NCBI GenBank assembly: GCA_004297935.1
Contig: SCRE01000004.1
Location: forward strand, 28,357-92,356
Source: Microbacteriaceae bacterium
GTDB taxonomy: Bacteria > Actinomycetota > Actinomycetes > Actinomycetales > Microbacteriaceae
Length of the DNA: 64,000 bases
Reading direction: 5' to 3'
Below are positions 29,239-38,544 of this stretch, one piece after another. The notes under the pieces were generated by a model. It was not told where the DNA came from and searched no databases. It was given only the letters and a program-made list of their open reading frames with translations. The position numbers were made by a program, and so were the translations under genes. Each line of letters opens with the position of its first letter. Position 1 is the first letter of the stretch.

Positions 29239-30882
29239 TCAGCGCCCGAGGTACTTCTGCAGGGTCGCGAGTTCTTCCTCGGTCGGAGCATTCGTCTTGC
29301 CCGCAGCCCTGCTGCCGGCCAGGCCGAAGCCCGACCCGCCACCGATAGCCGTACCCGTGGGTACGGCACCGGCCGCCAGTGCGGCGTTCTCCGCCGCACG
29401 CTTGGCCGGGTTCCCCGAACGAGAACCTCTCCTCTTCTGCTGCTTGGCCTTGCCGACGTAGCCGGCGCCCGGAATCGGGCCCATCCCGGGCACATTCGGC
29501 ACGCCACCCTTCGCCACGGTCTTCATCATCTTCGCCGCCTGCTCGAAGCGGGTCACGAGTTGATTCACGTCGGTGACCGTCCTGCCGGAACCGCGGGCGA
29601 TGCGCACACGACGTGACCCGTTCAGCAATCTCGGGTTGGCCCGCTCCGCTTTCGTCATGGACTGGATGATCGCCTCGGTGCGCACGATCTCCTTCTCGTC
29701 GAAGTTGTCGAGCTGCTGCTTCATGGCGCTGGCGCCGGGGAGCATGCCCATCATCTTCTTGATCGAGCCCATGTTGCGCAGCTGCTGCATCTGCTTGAGG
29801 AAGTCATCGAGCGTGAACGTGTCCGTCGCGAACTTCTCCGCGACCTTGCGGGCTTCTTCCTCGTCGAACGCTTCCTGCGCCTGCTCGATCAGGGTGAGCA
29901 CGTCGCCGAGGTCGAGGATGCGGCCGGCCATGCGATCCGGGTAGAACGGCTCGAAGTCGTCCAGACCCTCGCCCGTGGAGGCGAAGATGATCGGCCGACC
30001 GGTGACGGATGCGACGGACAGTGCCGCCCCACCGCGCGCGTCGCCGTCGAGCTTGGAGAGCACGACACCGGTGAAGTCCACGCCGTCCTGGAACGCCTTG
30101 GCCGTCGCGACGGCATCCTGACCGATCATCGCGTCGATGACGAACAGCACCTCGTCCGGGTCTGTCGCCTTGCGTATGTCGGCAGCCTGCTTCATCAGTT
30201 CGGCGTCAACGCCGAGTCGCCCGGCCGTGTCGATGATGACGGTGTCGTACTGCTGCCGTTCCGCCTGCTTGACCGCGTCCTTCGCGACCCGCACCGGGTT
30301 GCCCACGCCGTTGCCGGGCTGCGCTGTCTGGGGCGCCGCCGCCCCTGCGGCGCCCTCCCCGGAAATGCCGTACCCGCCGCTGTTTCCGGGGTGTGGTGCG
30401 AACACGGGCACGCCGGCCTGCTCGCCGACGATCTGCAGCTGGGTGACCGCGTTCGGACGCTGCAGGTCGGCGGCGACGAGCATCGGCGTGTGTCCGCCTT
30501 TGACGAGCCACTTCGCGAGCTTGCCGGCGAGGGTGGTCTTTCCCGCACCCTGCAGGCCGGCGAGCATGATCACGGTCGGCGGCTTCTTCGCGAACCGCAA
30601 TTGACGCTGCTGTCCGCCGAGGATGCCGACAAGCTCCTCGTTGACGATCTGCACGACCTGTTGCGCCGGATTCAGCGCCTTGTTGACCTCGTCGCCGAGC
30701 GCCCGCTCCCGCACCGAGGCCGTGAACTGCTTGACCACGGGCAGAGCGACGTCCGCATCGAGCAGGGCGCGACGGATTTCGCGGACCGTGCCGTCGACAT
30801 CCGCAGCGGACAGTCTGCCCTTGGTGCGGAGGTTCTTGAAGGTGTCTGTGAGCCGTTCAGAAAGGGTGCCGAAAGTTGCCAT
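29239..30882 (-). CDS. ffh: Signal recognition particle protein Ffh
   Basis: GLQGAGKTT, DTAGR, SKLDGDARGG, M domain; carries a 24-aa insert in the G domain. Confidence 0.98.
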   Translation of the reverse strand: MATFGTLSERLTDTFKNLRTKGRLSAADVDGTVREIRRALLDADVALPVVKQFTASVRERALGDEVNKALNPAQQVVQIVNEELVGILGGQQRQLRFAKKPPTVIMLAGLQGAGKTTLAGKLAKWLVKGGHTPMLVAADLQRPNAVTQLQIVGEQAGVPVFAPHPGNSGGYGISGEGAAGAAAPQTAQPGNGVGNPVRVAKDAVKQAERQQYDTVIIDTAGRLGVDAELMKQAADIRKATDPDEVLFVIDAMIGQDAVATAKAFQDGVDFTGVVLSKLDGDARGGAALSVASVTGRPIIFASTGEGLDDFEPFYPDRMAGRILDLGDVLTLIEQAQEAFDEEEARKVAEKFATDTFTLDDFLKQMQQLRNMGSIKKMMGMLPGASAMKQQLDNFDEKEIVRTEAIIQSMTKAERANPRLLNGSRRVRIARGSGRTVTDVNQLVTRFEQAAKMMKTVAKGGVPNVPGMGPIPGAGYVGKAKQQKRRGSRSGNPAKRAAENAALAAGAVPTGTAIGGGSGFGLAGSRAAGKTNAPTEEELATLQKYLGR

Positions 30883-30906
30883 GGTCCGTCAATCTTAACC
30901 TGCTGT

Positions 30907-31407
30907 TCAGCTCGCCATGTCGACGGCCGACACGTCCCCCTGGATGTCGAAGCTGACCACCAGCAGATACTCGGTGTCGTCGGGGCTGATCGAGTAGTCA
31001 AATTCGGCGAACGCGTCGCCGTCGGCGTCCCGCTGCGGAAACAGGCCGACGTGCACCAGCTGGAGCGAGCGCAGCACATCCATCGGGATGTCGCCGGAGT
31101 TGTGCACGAGAAGATCGAGCAGGCTCTCGCCCATCGTGTCGACGTGCACGTCGACGTACTGCGCCGTGACGGATTCCCGCTCACTCAACTGCGCGATGAG
31201 TGCGTCACGTGCGCGCGCGTCGAAGCCCTCCAACGCGCGGATGACCGCGGCTGCCAAGGCCAACTGCGCGTCGCCGATGGCGGTCTCGTCATCGGCGGTG
31301 AGGTCGATCGCGACGACCTGATCGCCGAGCTCCGCTTCGCCCGTCCAGCGCAGGCCGCCGTAGCCGTTGTCTTCGATGACGCCGAAGAAGTCGTGCTCGA
31401 TCGACAT
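30907..31407 (-). CDS. Acidic hypothetical protein (DUF2004-like)
   Basis: IEHDFFG, FDYSISPDDTEYLLVVSFD; lies between ftsY and ffh. Confidence 0.7.
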   Translation of the reverse strand: MSIEHDFFGVIEDNGYGGLRWTGEAELGDQVVAIDLTADDETAIGDAQLALAAAVIRALEGFDARARDALIAQLSERESVTAQYVDVHVDTMGESLLDLLVHNSGDIPMDVLRSLQLVHVGLFPQRDADGDAFAEFDYSISPDDTEYLLVVSFDIQGDVSAVDMAS

Positions 31408-31413
31408 CGGCTG

Positions 31414-32289
31414 CTATCCCACCAGCTGCGCGGCGAACACGTGCGGGGTGAAGCCGGTGAGGTCGTTGATGCCCTCGCCCTGGCCGACGAGCTTGATCGG
31501 CAGGCCCGTCTTCTCCTGCACGGCGAGCACGAACCCGCCCTTGGCCGAACCGTCCAGCTTGGTCAGCACGAGCCCGGTCACGCCGGCATGCTCGATGAAC
31601 GCGTGCGCCTGAGCCAACCCGTTCTGCCCAGTCGTCGCATCGAGCACGAGCAGCACCTCGGCGATCGGCGCCTGACGTTCCAGCACGCGCTTGATCTTCG
31701 ACAGCTCGTCCATCAGACCGCCCTTGGTCTGCAACCGCCCCGCTGTGTCGATGATGACGACCTCCGTGCCATCCGCTTTGGCCTTTTCGACCGTTTGGAA
31801 GGCGACGGATGCCGGATCCTGGCCCTGCTGCTGCGGCCGCACGATCTCGGCGCCCGCGCGCTCGGCCCAGGTCGCCAGCTGTTCGACGGCGGCGGCACGG
31901 AAGGTGTCTGCCGCGCCGACGACGACACTGCGACCGTAGGTGCGCAGGAACTTGGCGAACTTGCCGATCGTCGTCGTCTTGCCCACGCCGTTGACGCCGA
32001 CGACCAGCACGACGGCCGGGCGCTCGGTGAGCTTCAGAGTGGGGTCCAGTTTCGAAAGGCGTTCCTCGATGCCTTCGCGCAGCATCCGCTGGAGGTCGGC
32101 CGGGTCTGTCGTGTGGAAGCGAGCCACCTTGGAACGGAGCTCGGCGACGACCGCGTCCGTGACATCCGGGCCGAAATCGGCGGTGATGAGCGCGGACTCG
32201 AGGTTCTCCCAGGTCTCGTCATCGATGGTCCTCTTCGCGAACATGCCGCGCAGTGCGCTGGAGAGCGACCAGGAGGTGTGTTCGGCCAT
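31414..32289 (-). CDS. ftsY: SRP receptor FtsY
   Basis: GVNGVGKTT, DTFRAAA, DTAGR, TKLDGSAKGG. Confidence 0.98.
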   Translation of the reverse strand: MAEHTSWSLSSALRGMFAKRTIDDETWENLESALITADFGPDVTDAVVAELRSKVARFHTTDPADLQRMLREGIEERLSKLDPTLKLTERPAVVLVVGVNGVGKTTTIGKFAKFLRTYGRSVVVGAADTFRAAAVEQLATWAERAGAEIVRPQQQGQDPASVAFQTVEKAKADGTEVVIIDTAGRLQTKGGLMDELSKIKRVLERQAPIAEVLLVLDATTGQNGLAQAHAFIEHAGVTGLVLTKLDGSAKGGFVLAVQEKTGLPIKLVGQGEGINDLTGFTPHVFAAQLVG

Positions 32290-32361
32290 GCGCACAGTCT
32301 ATTCGCCGGTGTGCGCCCTCTTGATGCCGCTCGCGTGGCGAGAGTCACCGGCATCACAGAG

Positions 32362-32799
32362 TCATGGCGGGTCGACCGGGGCATTGGGGTCCATCGTTGT
32401 GAGACCCAGTGCATTCCACGCTTTGAGAAGGGCACGATCCCCACTGGCAGCGAATTCGTGACCACCGAGTTCCGCAGCGGCCGCACAGTGGACCGCATCG
32501 TCTCCGCGGAGCCCGAACCGTCGCGCCAAGTGACCGGCCGCGATCATGAGCTGCGCATCGAGCTCGCGTATGTTGCATTGTCGCCACACGGCGGCGACCA
32601 GCAACAACGCATCGTCGTGATCGTTAGATGTAATCCGGCCAAGGCGCTCTGCCGTGGCCAATGCGGCTGACATTTCGACGTGGACGAGACGTGTCACCAC
32701 GATCTGGTCGGCCGTATCCCATAGTCGCCGACACCGAGCGGAGCCTGCCTCATCGACAGCGAGCGGCAAGAATGCCGAGGTGTCGAAATAGGCGATCAC
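32362..32799 (-). CDS. vapC: PIN-domain VapC toxin
   Basis: YFDTSA, HVE, DAVH, SGDR acidic active-site residues; GTGA overlap with the upstream antitoxin. Confidence 0.9.
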   Translation of the reverse strand: MIAYFDTSAFLPLAVDEAGSARCRRLWDTADQIVVTRLVHVEMSAALATAERLGRITSNDHDDALLLVAAVWRQCNIRELDAQLMIAAGHLARRFGLRGDDAVHCAAAAELGGHEFAASGDRALLKAWNALGLTTMDPNAPVDPP

Positions 32800-33005
32800 G
32801 CTCGCTGCGCCTCCACCAAATCACTGACGGGGCCGCTCGCGACGACGGGCTGCGGCAACGGCGTGCGAGGAGCCGTTGGAGCCGTCAAAAGGTGTTCAGC
32901 CAGTAGCTGTTCGAACGCCGACGCACGATCGACCGGAACGATGCGGGCAATTGCATGCCCGTGATCGGTGACGGTCAACGTCGCACCATCGCAGACGGCA
33001 TAAAG
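32796..33005 (-). pseudogene. 5'-truncated Phd/YefM family antitoxin
   Basis: AVCDGATLTVTDHGHAIARIVP core is present; in-frame TAG at 33021-33023 and no N-terminal DNA-binding segment; TTG at 32978 could start a 60-aa product. Confidence 0.75.
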
Positions 33006-33295
33006 CTGCCACTGATCGGGCTAACGATGAATCTGGCGTTGGTGTTGGCTGCACGCTTTACATCTTTTGGACCCAGGACTGTGCCGATACCGAAATGAAT
33101 GCCATCCTGCTGCAAGTTTCATTCATCCACTGCACCGTACCTGGTTCGTTCGGTGTCGAAAGCGATACTTCGATGACGCGTAGGCCACCGTCGAGCAGGC
33201 GTTCAGCTTCACGCTTGGCATCGTCTTTCGACCGCTCACGTATGGTCGCGATGATTCTTGACGCACGGATGGATGGCCTCTGCGGTGTCCGGCAA
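32975..33295 (-). pseudogene. KDPG/KHG aldolase (Eda-like) pseudogene with two frameshifts and a 3' truncation
   Basis: TTG-PDTAEAI, 4-bp duplication (ggatggatgg 33267-33276), IRASRIIATIR...LLDGGLRVIEVSLSTP, shift near 33105-33115, FGIGTVLGPKDVKRAANTNARFIVSP, then homology ends. Confidence 0.8.
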
Positions 33296-33305
33296 TGCCG
33301 CTTTG

Positions 33306-34493
33306 TTACCCGTTGAACGCGATCGTGTCCGCCACGGACCTATCACGTGAGGCGAGCAGGGATTGGAACATGCTGCCCTTTCGCAGGCGCCACAGTGCCT
33401 CGGTGTAGTAGCTGTCGCCGACGATGACGGCGGCCTCCTCGCCTACGCCATGTTCATGAGGTACGTCAAGTGCAGCGCCGCGCAGGATCCCAAGCCCGCG
33501 ATGGTTGACCACATACTTGTCCGACAGCTGAGCGACCATTGCCGCCGTGTAGGCCCCTAGCTCCTCCGCGCGCGTGGGATCGCTCCAACTGGCGAGCTCG
33601 AGTAGGCCAGCATATGCAAGGCTCGCGGCGAAACTGTCTCTGACGCGTGGTTGTGTGGCTGGGAGGCTGAAGTCCCAAAGCGGAGACGCATCATCCTGGA
33701 CCTTGCCCATCCAGTAACTCGCCATCGACTGCGCGAGCTCAAGATGGAACGGGTCCTGGGACAGGCTGTACATGAGGGCGTAGCCGTAGATGCCCCACGC
33801 CAGACCACGAGACCAGCAACCGTCTGCGGAGTAACCCTGATAGGTGTCCACGCCGGACGGCTTCCCATCCGGGCCGAACAGGAGCACTTGGATCGTTGAC
33901 CCGTCCGGCCGGACCAGGTGTTGGCCGATGAGCGTCGCGGCACGGACGGCTTCGGCTGCGAGCTGCTCGTCACCCACCTGCCTGGCATACCAGAGCGGCA
34001 CGCACAGGTTGATCACATCGTCGATAGTCGTGAACGGGTATTCGGGGCTGCCCGCCGGGCCGAACGACTTCATATATCCGATCTGTCTGAATCGTTCGGA
34101 GACGGTTCCCCCTGCCTCCAACATCATCGGCCGCAGCTCCTCCATGCCATGCGTCTCGAGTGGGATGAGCACGCCCCGTAAGAACATGTGCGCCACCGAC
34201 GCGAAACTTTTGATCTTTGTCCGATTTGAAAGCCGCTCGCTCCACTGCAATGCGCGCGCACGGTAGGTGTACGAATCAGACGACTGGGACTCGGATGCGG
34301 CGACGAACCAGAGAATCGACGGCAGATCGCCTGCCATCCACGACCCATGGTGAGGCAGCACACCGCGATCGCCCTCGTCGACAGACGCCGTGACCCACTT
34401 CTCACCATTTGTCCACAGCGGGAAGCCGTCCAGCCGGGACATCTCCTTCGCCTTTGCCAGAACCTGAGTCCAGGCATCGCTCAGCTTTGTCAC
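33306..34493 (-). CDS. Glycoside hydrolase family 88 (unsaturated glucuronyl hydrolase-like)
   Basis: WMAGDLPSILW, TIDDVINL, VRPDGST, QGYSADGCWSRGLAWGIYG, RDSFAASL, GDSYYTEAL. Confidence 0.8.
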   Translation of the reverse strand: MTKLSDAWTQVLAKAKEMSRLDGFPLWTNGEKWVTASVDEGDRGVLPHHGSWMAGDLPSILWFVAASESQSSDSYTYRARALQWSERLSNRTKIKSFASVAHMFLRGVLIPLETHGMEELRPMMLEAGGTVSERFRQIGYMKSFGPAGSPEYPFTTIDDVINLCVPLWYARQVGDEQLAAEAVRAATLIGQHLVRPDGSTIQVLLFGPDGKPSGVDTYQGYSADGCWSRGLAWGIYGYALMYSLSQDPFHLELAQSMASYWMGKVQDDASPLWDFSLPATQPRVRDSFAASLAYAGLLELASWSDPTRAEELGAYTAAMVAQLSDKYVVNHRGLGILRGAALDVPHEHGVGEEAAVIVGDSYYTEALWRLRKGSMFQSLLASRDRSVADTIAFNG

Positions 34494-34498
34494 TATTC

Positions 34499-35671
34499 CT
34501 ACTTTCTCAAACGGTTGATGATTTCGTCGGTGTGCTGCCCAAGCCGAGGTGCCGGGCCGCCAGGCCCTACGATCGAACGCGACATCTTGAACGGCGTGTT
34601 TACGACGGCGATGTCTCCTCGTACGAGATCGGGGACCCGCACAAATGAGCCCCGGGAACGAGCCGGTTCGGTCACCGCGACCTCGCGCACCTGCCGGACC
34701 GGACCGGCCGGGACTCCTGCGATCTCCAATGCCTTCAGCGCCTTGTCGGCTCCGCCGACCCGAACCGCCCAGGATTCGATGAGGTGTTTCACCTCGGCTC
34801 GATGGGTGATCCGCAAATCATTGGACGACAGGTCGGAGGATGACGGACTGTCCGCCTGGACGAGCGCAGACAGGCGTTGCCAAAGGCGCTCCGTGCCGGC
34901 GGCGATGGCCAAATATCCGTCCCCCGCGTCATAGACGCCGTACGGTACGACCGCCCGATGCTCCGCACCGTTCCTCGTCGGGTTCACGGATGACCCGCCA
35001 ACCTCCACCTCGACGAACGCAGTCTCGTGGAACGGCAGAGTCGCATCGAACAGGGCGACGTCGACATACTCACCGAGTCCGTCGCCGCGGTCGCGTCGAT
35101 ACAGGGCTGTGACGATCGCCGCATACGCATGAATGCCTGCTGAGACGTCCGCCAGCGAAATCCCCAGGGGAAGCGGTGGCCCACCTAGGACCCCGGTCAT
35201 GTCGATGACTCCTGAGTACCCTTCGGCAATGATGCCCTGGCCCGGCCTCCCCGCGAACGCACCAGTGTTGCCAAAAGCCGAAATCGAAGCCATGATCAGC
35301 CGCGGATTAACTGCAGAGAGTTCGTCGTAACCCAGGCCTTTCGCCGTTAGCGCTCCGGGACGCATGTTCTCCACGAGCACATCCGTGTCGACGGCCAAAG
35401 CGTGAACCATCTCGACGCCTGTCGCCTCACGCAGGTCAGCTGTCACACTGAGCTTGCCAACGTTCAGATTGGCGAAGTACCCGCTGTGTTCATCGCTGAC
35501 GTACGGCGGAAGCTTGCGCGACGGGTCCCCGGCCGGCGGTTCGATTTTGATCACTTCAGCACCGGCATCCGCCAAGAGCCGCGTGCAATAGGGCCCAGCC
35601 AGAATCTGGCTGAGGTCGAGAACTTTCACCCCGGCCAGAGGCGTGCGTGCCGTGTTGTCCGTCATAGTCAT
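34499..35671 (-). CDS. Family III (CaiB/BaiF) CoA-transferase
   Basis: LAGVKVLDLSQILAGP, VIKIEPP, ENMRPG, catalytic Asp in SLADVSAG, APRLGQHT. Confidence 0.93.
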   Translation of the reverse strand: MTMTDNTARTPLAGVKVLDLSQILAGPYCTRLLADAGAEVIKIEPPAGDPSRKLPPYVSDEHSGYFANLNVGKLSVTADLREATGVEMVHALAVDTDVLVENMRPGALTAKGLGYDELSAVNPRLIMASISAFGNTGAFAGRPGQGIIAEGYSGVIDMTGVLGGPPLPLGISLADVSAGIHAYAAIVTALYRRDRGDGLGEYVDVALFDATLPFHETAFVEVEVGGSSVNPTRNGAEHRAVVPYGVYDAGDGYLAIAAGTERLWQRLSALVQADSPSSSDLSSNDLRITHRAEVKHLIESWAVRVGGADKALKALEIAGVPAGPVRQVREVAVTEPARSRGSFVRVPDLVRGDIAVVNTPFKMSRSIVGPGGPAPRLGQHTDEIINRLRK

Positions 35672-35859
35672 CCGAGTTCGCCCGTTCCATGAGCACCGGC
35701 AGGTGTGAAGCCGCCAACGCCCTCGCTCATCGACATGACAAGAGAACTCTGATTGACGGACTGTGAGCTGCCGGCGTCGTCAGGTCCGCTGGATGCCGAT
35801 GACCGTGGCTTGGTATGGCCCGAACGATCATCAAGTTGAACTGCTGTTTCACGCTTCAC
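35668..35859 (-). CDS. 63-aa ORF, possibly an internally deleted gene remnant
   Basis: AAGGAGG before a GTG start; stop overlaps the CoA-transferase ATG (ATGA); no recognisable motif. Confidence 0.35.
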   Translation of the reverse strand: MKRETAVQLDDRSGHTKPRSSASSGPDDAGSSQSVNQSSLVMSMSEGVGGFTPAGAHGTGELG

Positions 35860-36117
35860 GCGTGTCCCTCCTTATACATACATGTGGCCGATGAGCGGAT
35901 TGACACCGGGCAGAGAGTTCATCCGACGGGCGTGACCATCGACGCGAAATGATTCGTGATTCGGCTCAGTTCACGTCCATGTGCGGCGGTGCTTGACCGA
36001 AGTGTGCAAGCCGCGCCATCCGTCATCCGCACATCCGCAGAACCTGAAACGGCGTAGGTCGTCAACCTGCACTCTCGTGATCAAAGCCATCGCGTTCAGC
36101 CTCTGGAATCCGCCTGT

Positions 36118-37617
36118 TCAGTTCCGTAGCCCAAAGGTTCCTGCGCGCTTCCCGGTCCGGATCTGGACTGATTTCAGCTGGGTGAACTCTTCCAAGCCCA
36201 TTCGCCCCATTTCCCGTCCATAACCGGACGCCTTGTAACCGCCGAACGACATCTGCGGCGCCCCATCGATGGAGGTGTTCACCCAAACGGTGCCGCTACG
36301 CAGCTTGCGCATGACGTCAAGGGCTGTGCCGATGTTCGACGTCCAAATCGTGTTCCCAAGTCCGTATGCGACGGCGTTGGCCAGGCGTACAGCGTCGTCT
36401 GTAGTGTCGAACTCGGTCACGGTAAGCACAGGCCCGAAGATCTCTTCACGGAAAGCAGCAGACTCTGGGGTTACATTGCCGAGCACCGTCGCCGACATGA
36501 ACAGCCCGTCGTCGTATCCGGCGCCGCTGAGCCGGCTGCCGCCGGCCAACACGATCGCACCACTCTGCTCGGCAACCTCGACCGCGCGGAGGACCTTGTC
36601 GAGGTGCTGCTCGTGAATCATGGCACCGAAGTCGGAGTCGGTCTCGCCGGCACCCACCTTGAGGCGACGGGTTCGCCCGATCAGCCGCTGGTTGAATTCC
36701 TCTGCGATGCTGGACTGCACGAGCAGGCGCGCCCCGGCCACACAGCACTCCCCCTGATTGTGCGTGGCACCGAACACAACACCCTCAACGGCGTCATCAA
36801 GATCGGCATCGGCGAACACGACCTGGGCTGCCTTCCCGCCAAGCTCTAACGAGGTTTTCTTGAGGTTGCCCTTGGAGGCGTCCAGGATGCGACGGCCGGT
36901 CACGGTCGACCCGGTGAAGGTGATCATGTCGACATCCATATGCTCGGCAAGTGCCTGACCGGCTTCGCCTGTGCCGGTGACGACGTTGAAGACACCCGCG
37001 GGGACACCGGCCTCGAGTGCAAGCTCTGCAAGCCGCAATGCTGAAGCCGAGGTGAACTCCGACGGTTTTGCCACGAGACTGCAGCCCGCAGCGAGTGCGA
37101 ACGCCACTTTCTGGCAGAGGATCAGTAGCGGGAAATTCCACGGCACGATCGCGCCAACAACACCTATGGGCTCGCGCACGAGCAGGCCGGTATAGTCCTC
37201 GCCCAGGTTCGTGTGGATGTCGCCATGCTCTGCTGCGGCGAGGCTGCCTGCGAACTCCATCAACCCGATCGCACCATCGGCGTCATTGAGCGCGACACGC
37301 AACGGTTTGCCGGCCTCGGCCGCGTCGAGCCTGGCAAGTTCTTCACGATGGCCATGCATCAGCTGCGCAAGTGCGAGAAGGGTACGCATGCGGTGCATTC
37401 CGGTGGCACGCGCCCATGTTCCGGCATCGAACACGCGACGCGCGGCGGCAACCGCATCGTCGATCTCATCACGGAAACCAGCTGCATACACCGACACAAC
37501 GGTGCCAGTGGCAGGATTGCGGCGCTCAATCGTCTTGCCGTCATCCCCCAAGACCACCTGGCCATCGATGATGTGACCGTATCGAGTGGACGTTGAAACC
37601 TCATCGAGAACTGTCAT
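36118..37617 (-). CDS. NAD(P)-dependent aldehyde dehydrogenase
   Basis: IVPWNFP, KPSE, FTGST, SLELGGK, NQGECCVAG, EEIFGP. Confidence 0.95.
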   Translation of the reverse strand: MTVLDEVSTSTRYGHIIDGQVVLGDDGKTIERRNPATGTVVSVYAAGFRDEIDDAVAAARRVFDAGTWARATGMHRMRTLLALAQLMHGHREELARLDAAEAGKPLRVALNDADGAIGLMEFAGSLAAAEHGDIHTNLGEDYTGLLVREPIGVVGAIVPWNFPLLILCQKVAFALAAGCSLVAKPSEFTSASALRLAELALEAGVPAGVFNVVTGTGEAGQALAEHMDVDMITFTGSTVTGRRILDASKGNLKKTSLELGGKAAQVVFADADLDDAVEGVVFGATHNQGECCVAGARLLVQSSIAEEFNQRLIGRTRRLKVGAGETDSDFGAMIHEQHLDKVLRAVEVAEQSGAIVLAGGSRLSGAGYDDGLFMSATVLGNVTPESAAFREEIFGPVLTVTEFDTTDDAVRLANAVAYGLGNTIWTSNIGTALDVMRKLRSGTVWVNTSIDGAPQMSFGGYKASGYGREMGRMGLEEFTQLKSVQIRTGKRAGTFGLRN

Positions 37618-37646
37618 CTCTTCTTTTCCTCTCTTTCGACGTAGGT

Positions 37647-38447
37647 TCACTTGCCGCGGTCCAGGAACGCGCGAACGGCTGCGACCTGTTCGACGGTGCC
37701 ACTGCAGGCGGCGACACCGCACCGCTCGGCGCGCATCCCGGCCTCGTTGCCGCCGGCGATGCCGACGTGCAAAGCTTCTTTGATCGCATGAACTGCGCGT
37801 GGCGATCTGCTGCTGAGATCGCGTGCCAGCCCGAGGGCACGTTCACGCAGTTGCTCTGGTACGAGCACTTCCGTCACGAGGCCGTAGCTGAGTGCTGTTT
37901 CGGCGTCGACCGGCTGGCCGACGAGCATCATCGCGGTAGCACGCCCAACGCCGACCACATGCGGTAGGCGCTGAGTGGCACCCCAGCCAGGCGTGTTCGC
38001 GAGGGTGATCTCCGGCTGACCCAGGTAGGCGGTGTTCGCTGCAATGCGGATGTCGCAAGCGAGTGCGAGCTCTAGACCGCCACCGAATGCAGCACCGTTG
38101 ATTGCCGCGATCACCGGCTTAGGCAAGTCCTCTAGCTGGTTGAAAATGAATTGTCCGGTGGCCGAGAATTGGTAGGCGGCTGCCCCCTGCAGACCGTCCA
38201 GTTCACTGATGTCAGCACCGGCGCTGAATGCACGATCGCCGGCGCCGGTGATAATGACCGCCCGAACCGTTGCGTCGTTGTGCAGCCGTGAGACAACGGC
38301 GTTCAGCTCTCGGAAGACCGAAAGGTTCAGCGAGTTGCTCTTGTGCGGCCGGTTCAGGGTGACCGTTGCGACGCCGTCATCGACGGCGCATAGCACTACA
38401 CGCTCCGCGCCGGCACCGCCGGTCATCGTTGTTGGGTTCCAGGCCAC
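37647..38447 (-). CDS. Enoyl-CoA hydratase (crotonase fold)
   Basis: FSAGADI, AAFGGGLELALACD, GQPE (both catalytic Glu present), PGWGATQRL; AGGAGG before GTG. Confidence 0.93.
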   Translation of the reverse strand: MAWNPTTMTGGAGAERVVLCAVDDGVATVTLNRPHKSNSLNLSVFRELNAVVSRLHNDATVRAVIITGAGDRAFSAGADISELDGLQGAAAYQFSATGQFIFNQLEDLPKPVIAAINGAAFGGGLELALACDIRIAANTAYLGQPEITLANTPGWGATQRLPHVVGVGRATAMMLVGQPVDAETALSYGLVTEVLVPEQLRERALGLARDLSSRSPRAVHAIKEALHVGIAGGNEAGMRAERCGVAACSGTVEQVAAVRAFLDRGK

Positions 38448-38544
38448 GTTCAGGACCCTCCTATCCTCTCGCGTCGAAATACCGCATGAGGCGACGGCCC
38501 GGCCAAGCAGCAGCCGTCACCTTTCGGATTCGCCGGCCAGTGCG

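Noticed and set aside
30907-31407. DUF2004-like gene as the immunity gene of a toxin system
   Set aside because: No toxin neighbour; host-like codon usage inside the ftsY-ffh unit
33001-33060. taaagc...gcttta as transposon terminal inverted repeats at the deletion junction
   Set aside because: Only 6 bp, no target duplication, and the interior is aldolase coding sequence
37647-38447. Crotonase as the ChcB isomerase of the CHC pathway
   Set aside because: Lies in a separate lower-GC sugar island 10 kb away and has the two-Glu hydratase signature; ChcB is unlinked in Streptomyces, so its absence from the operon is expected
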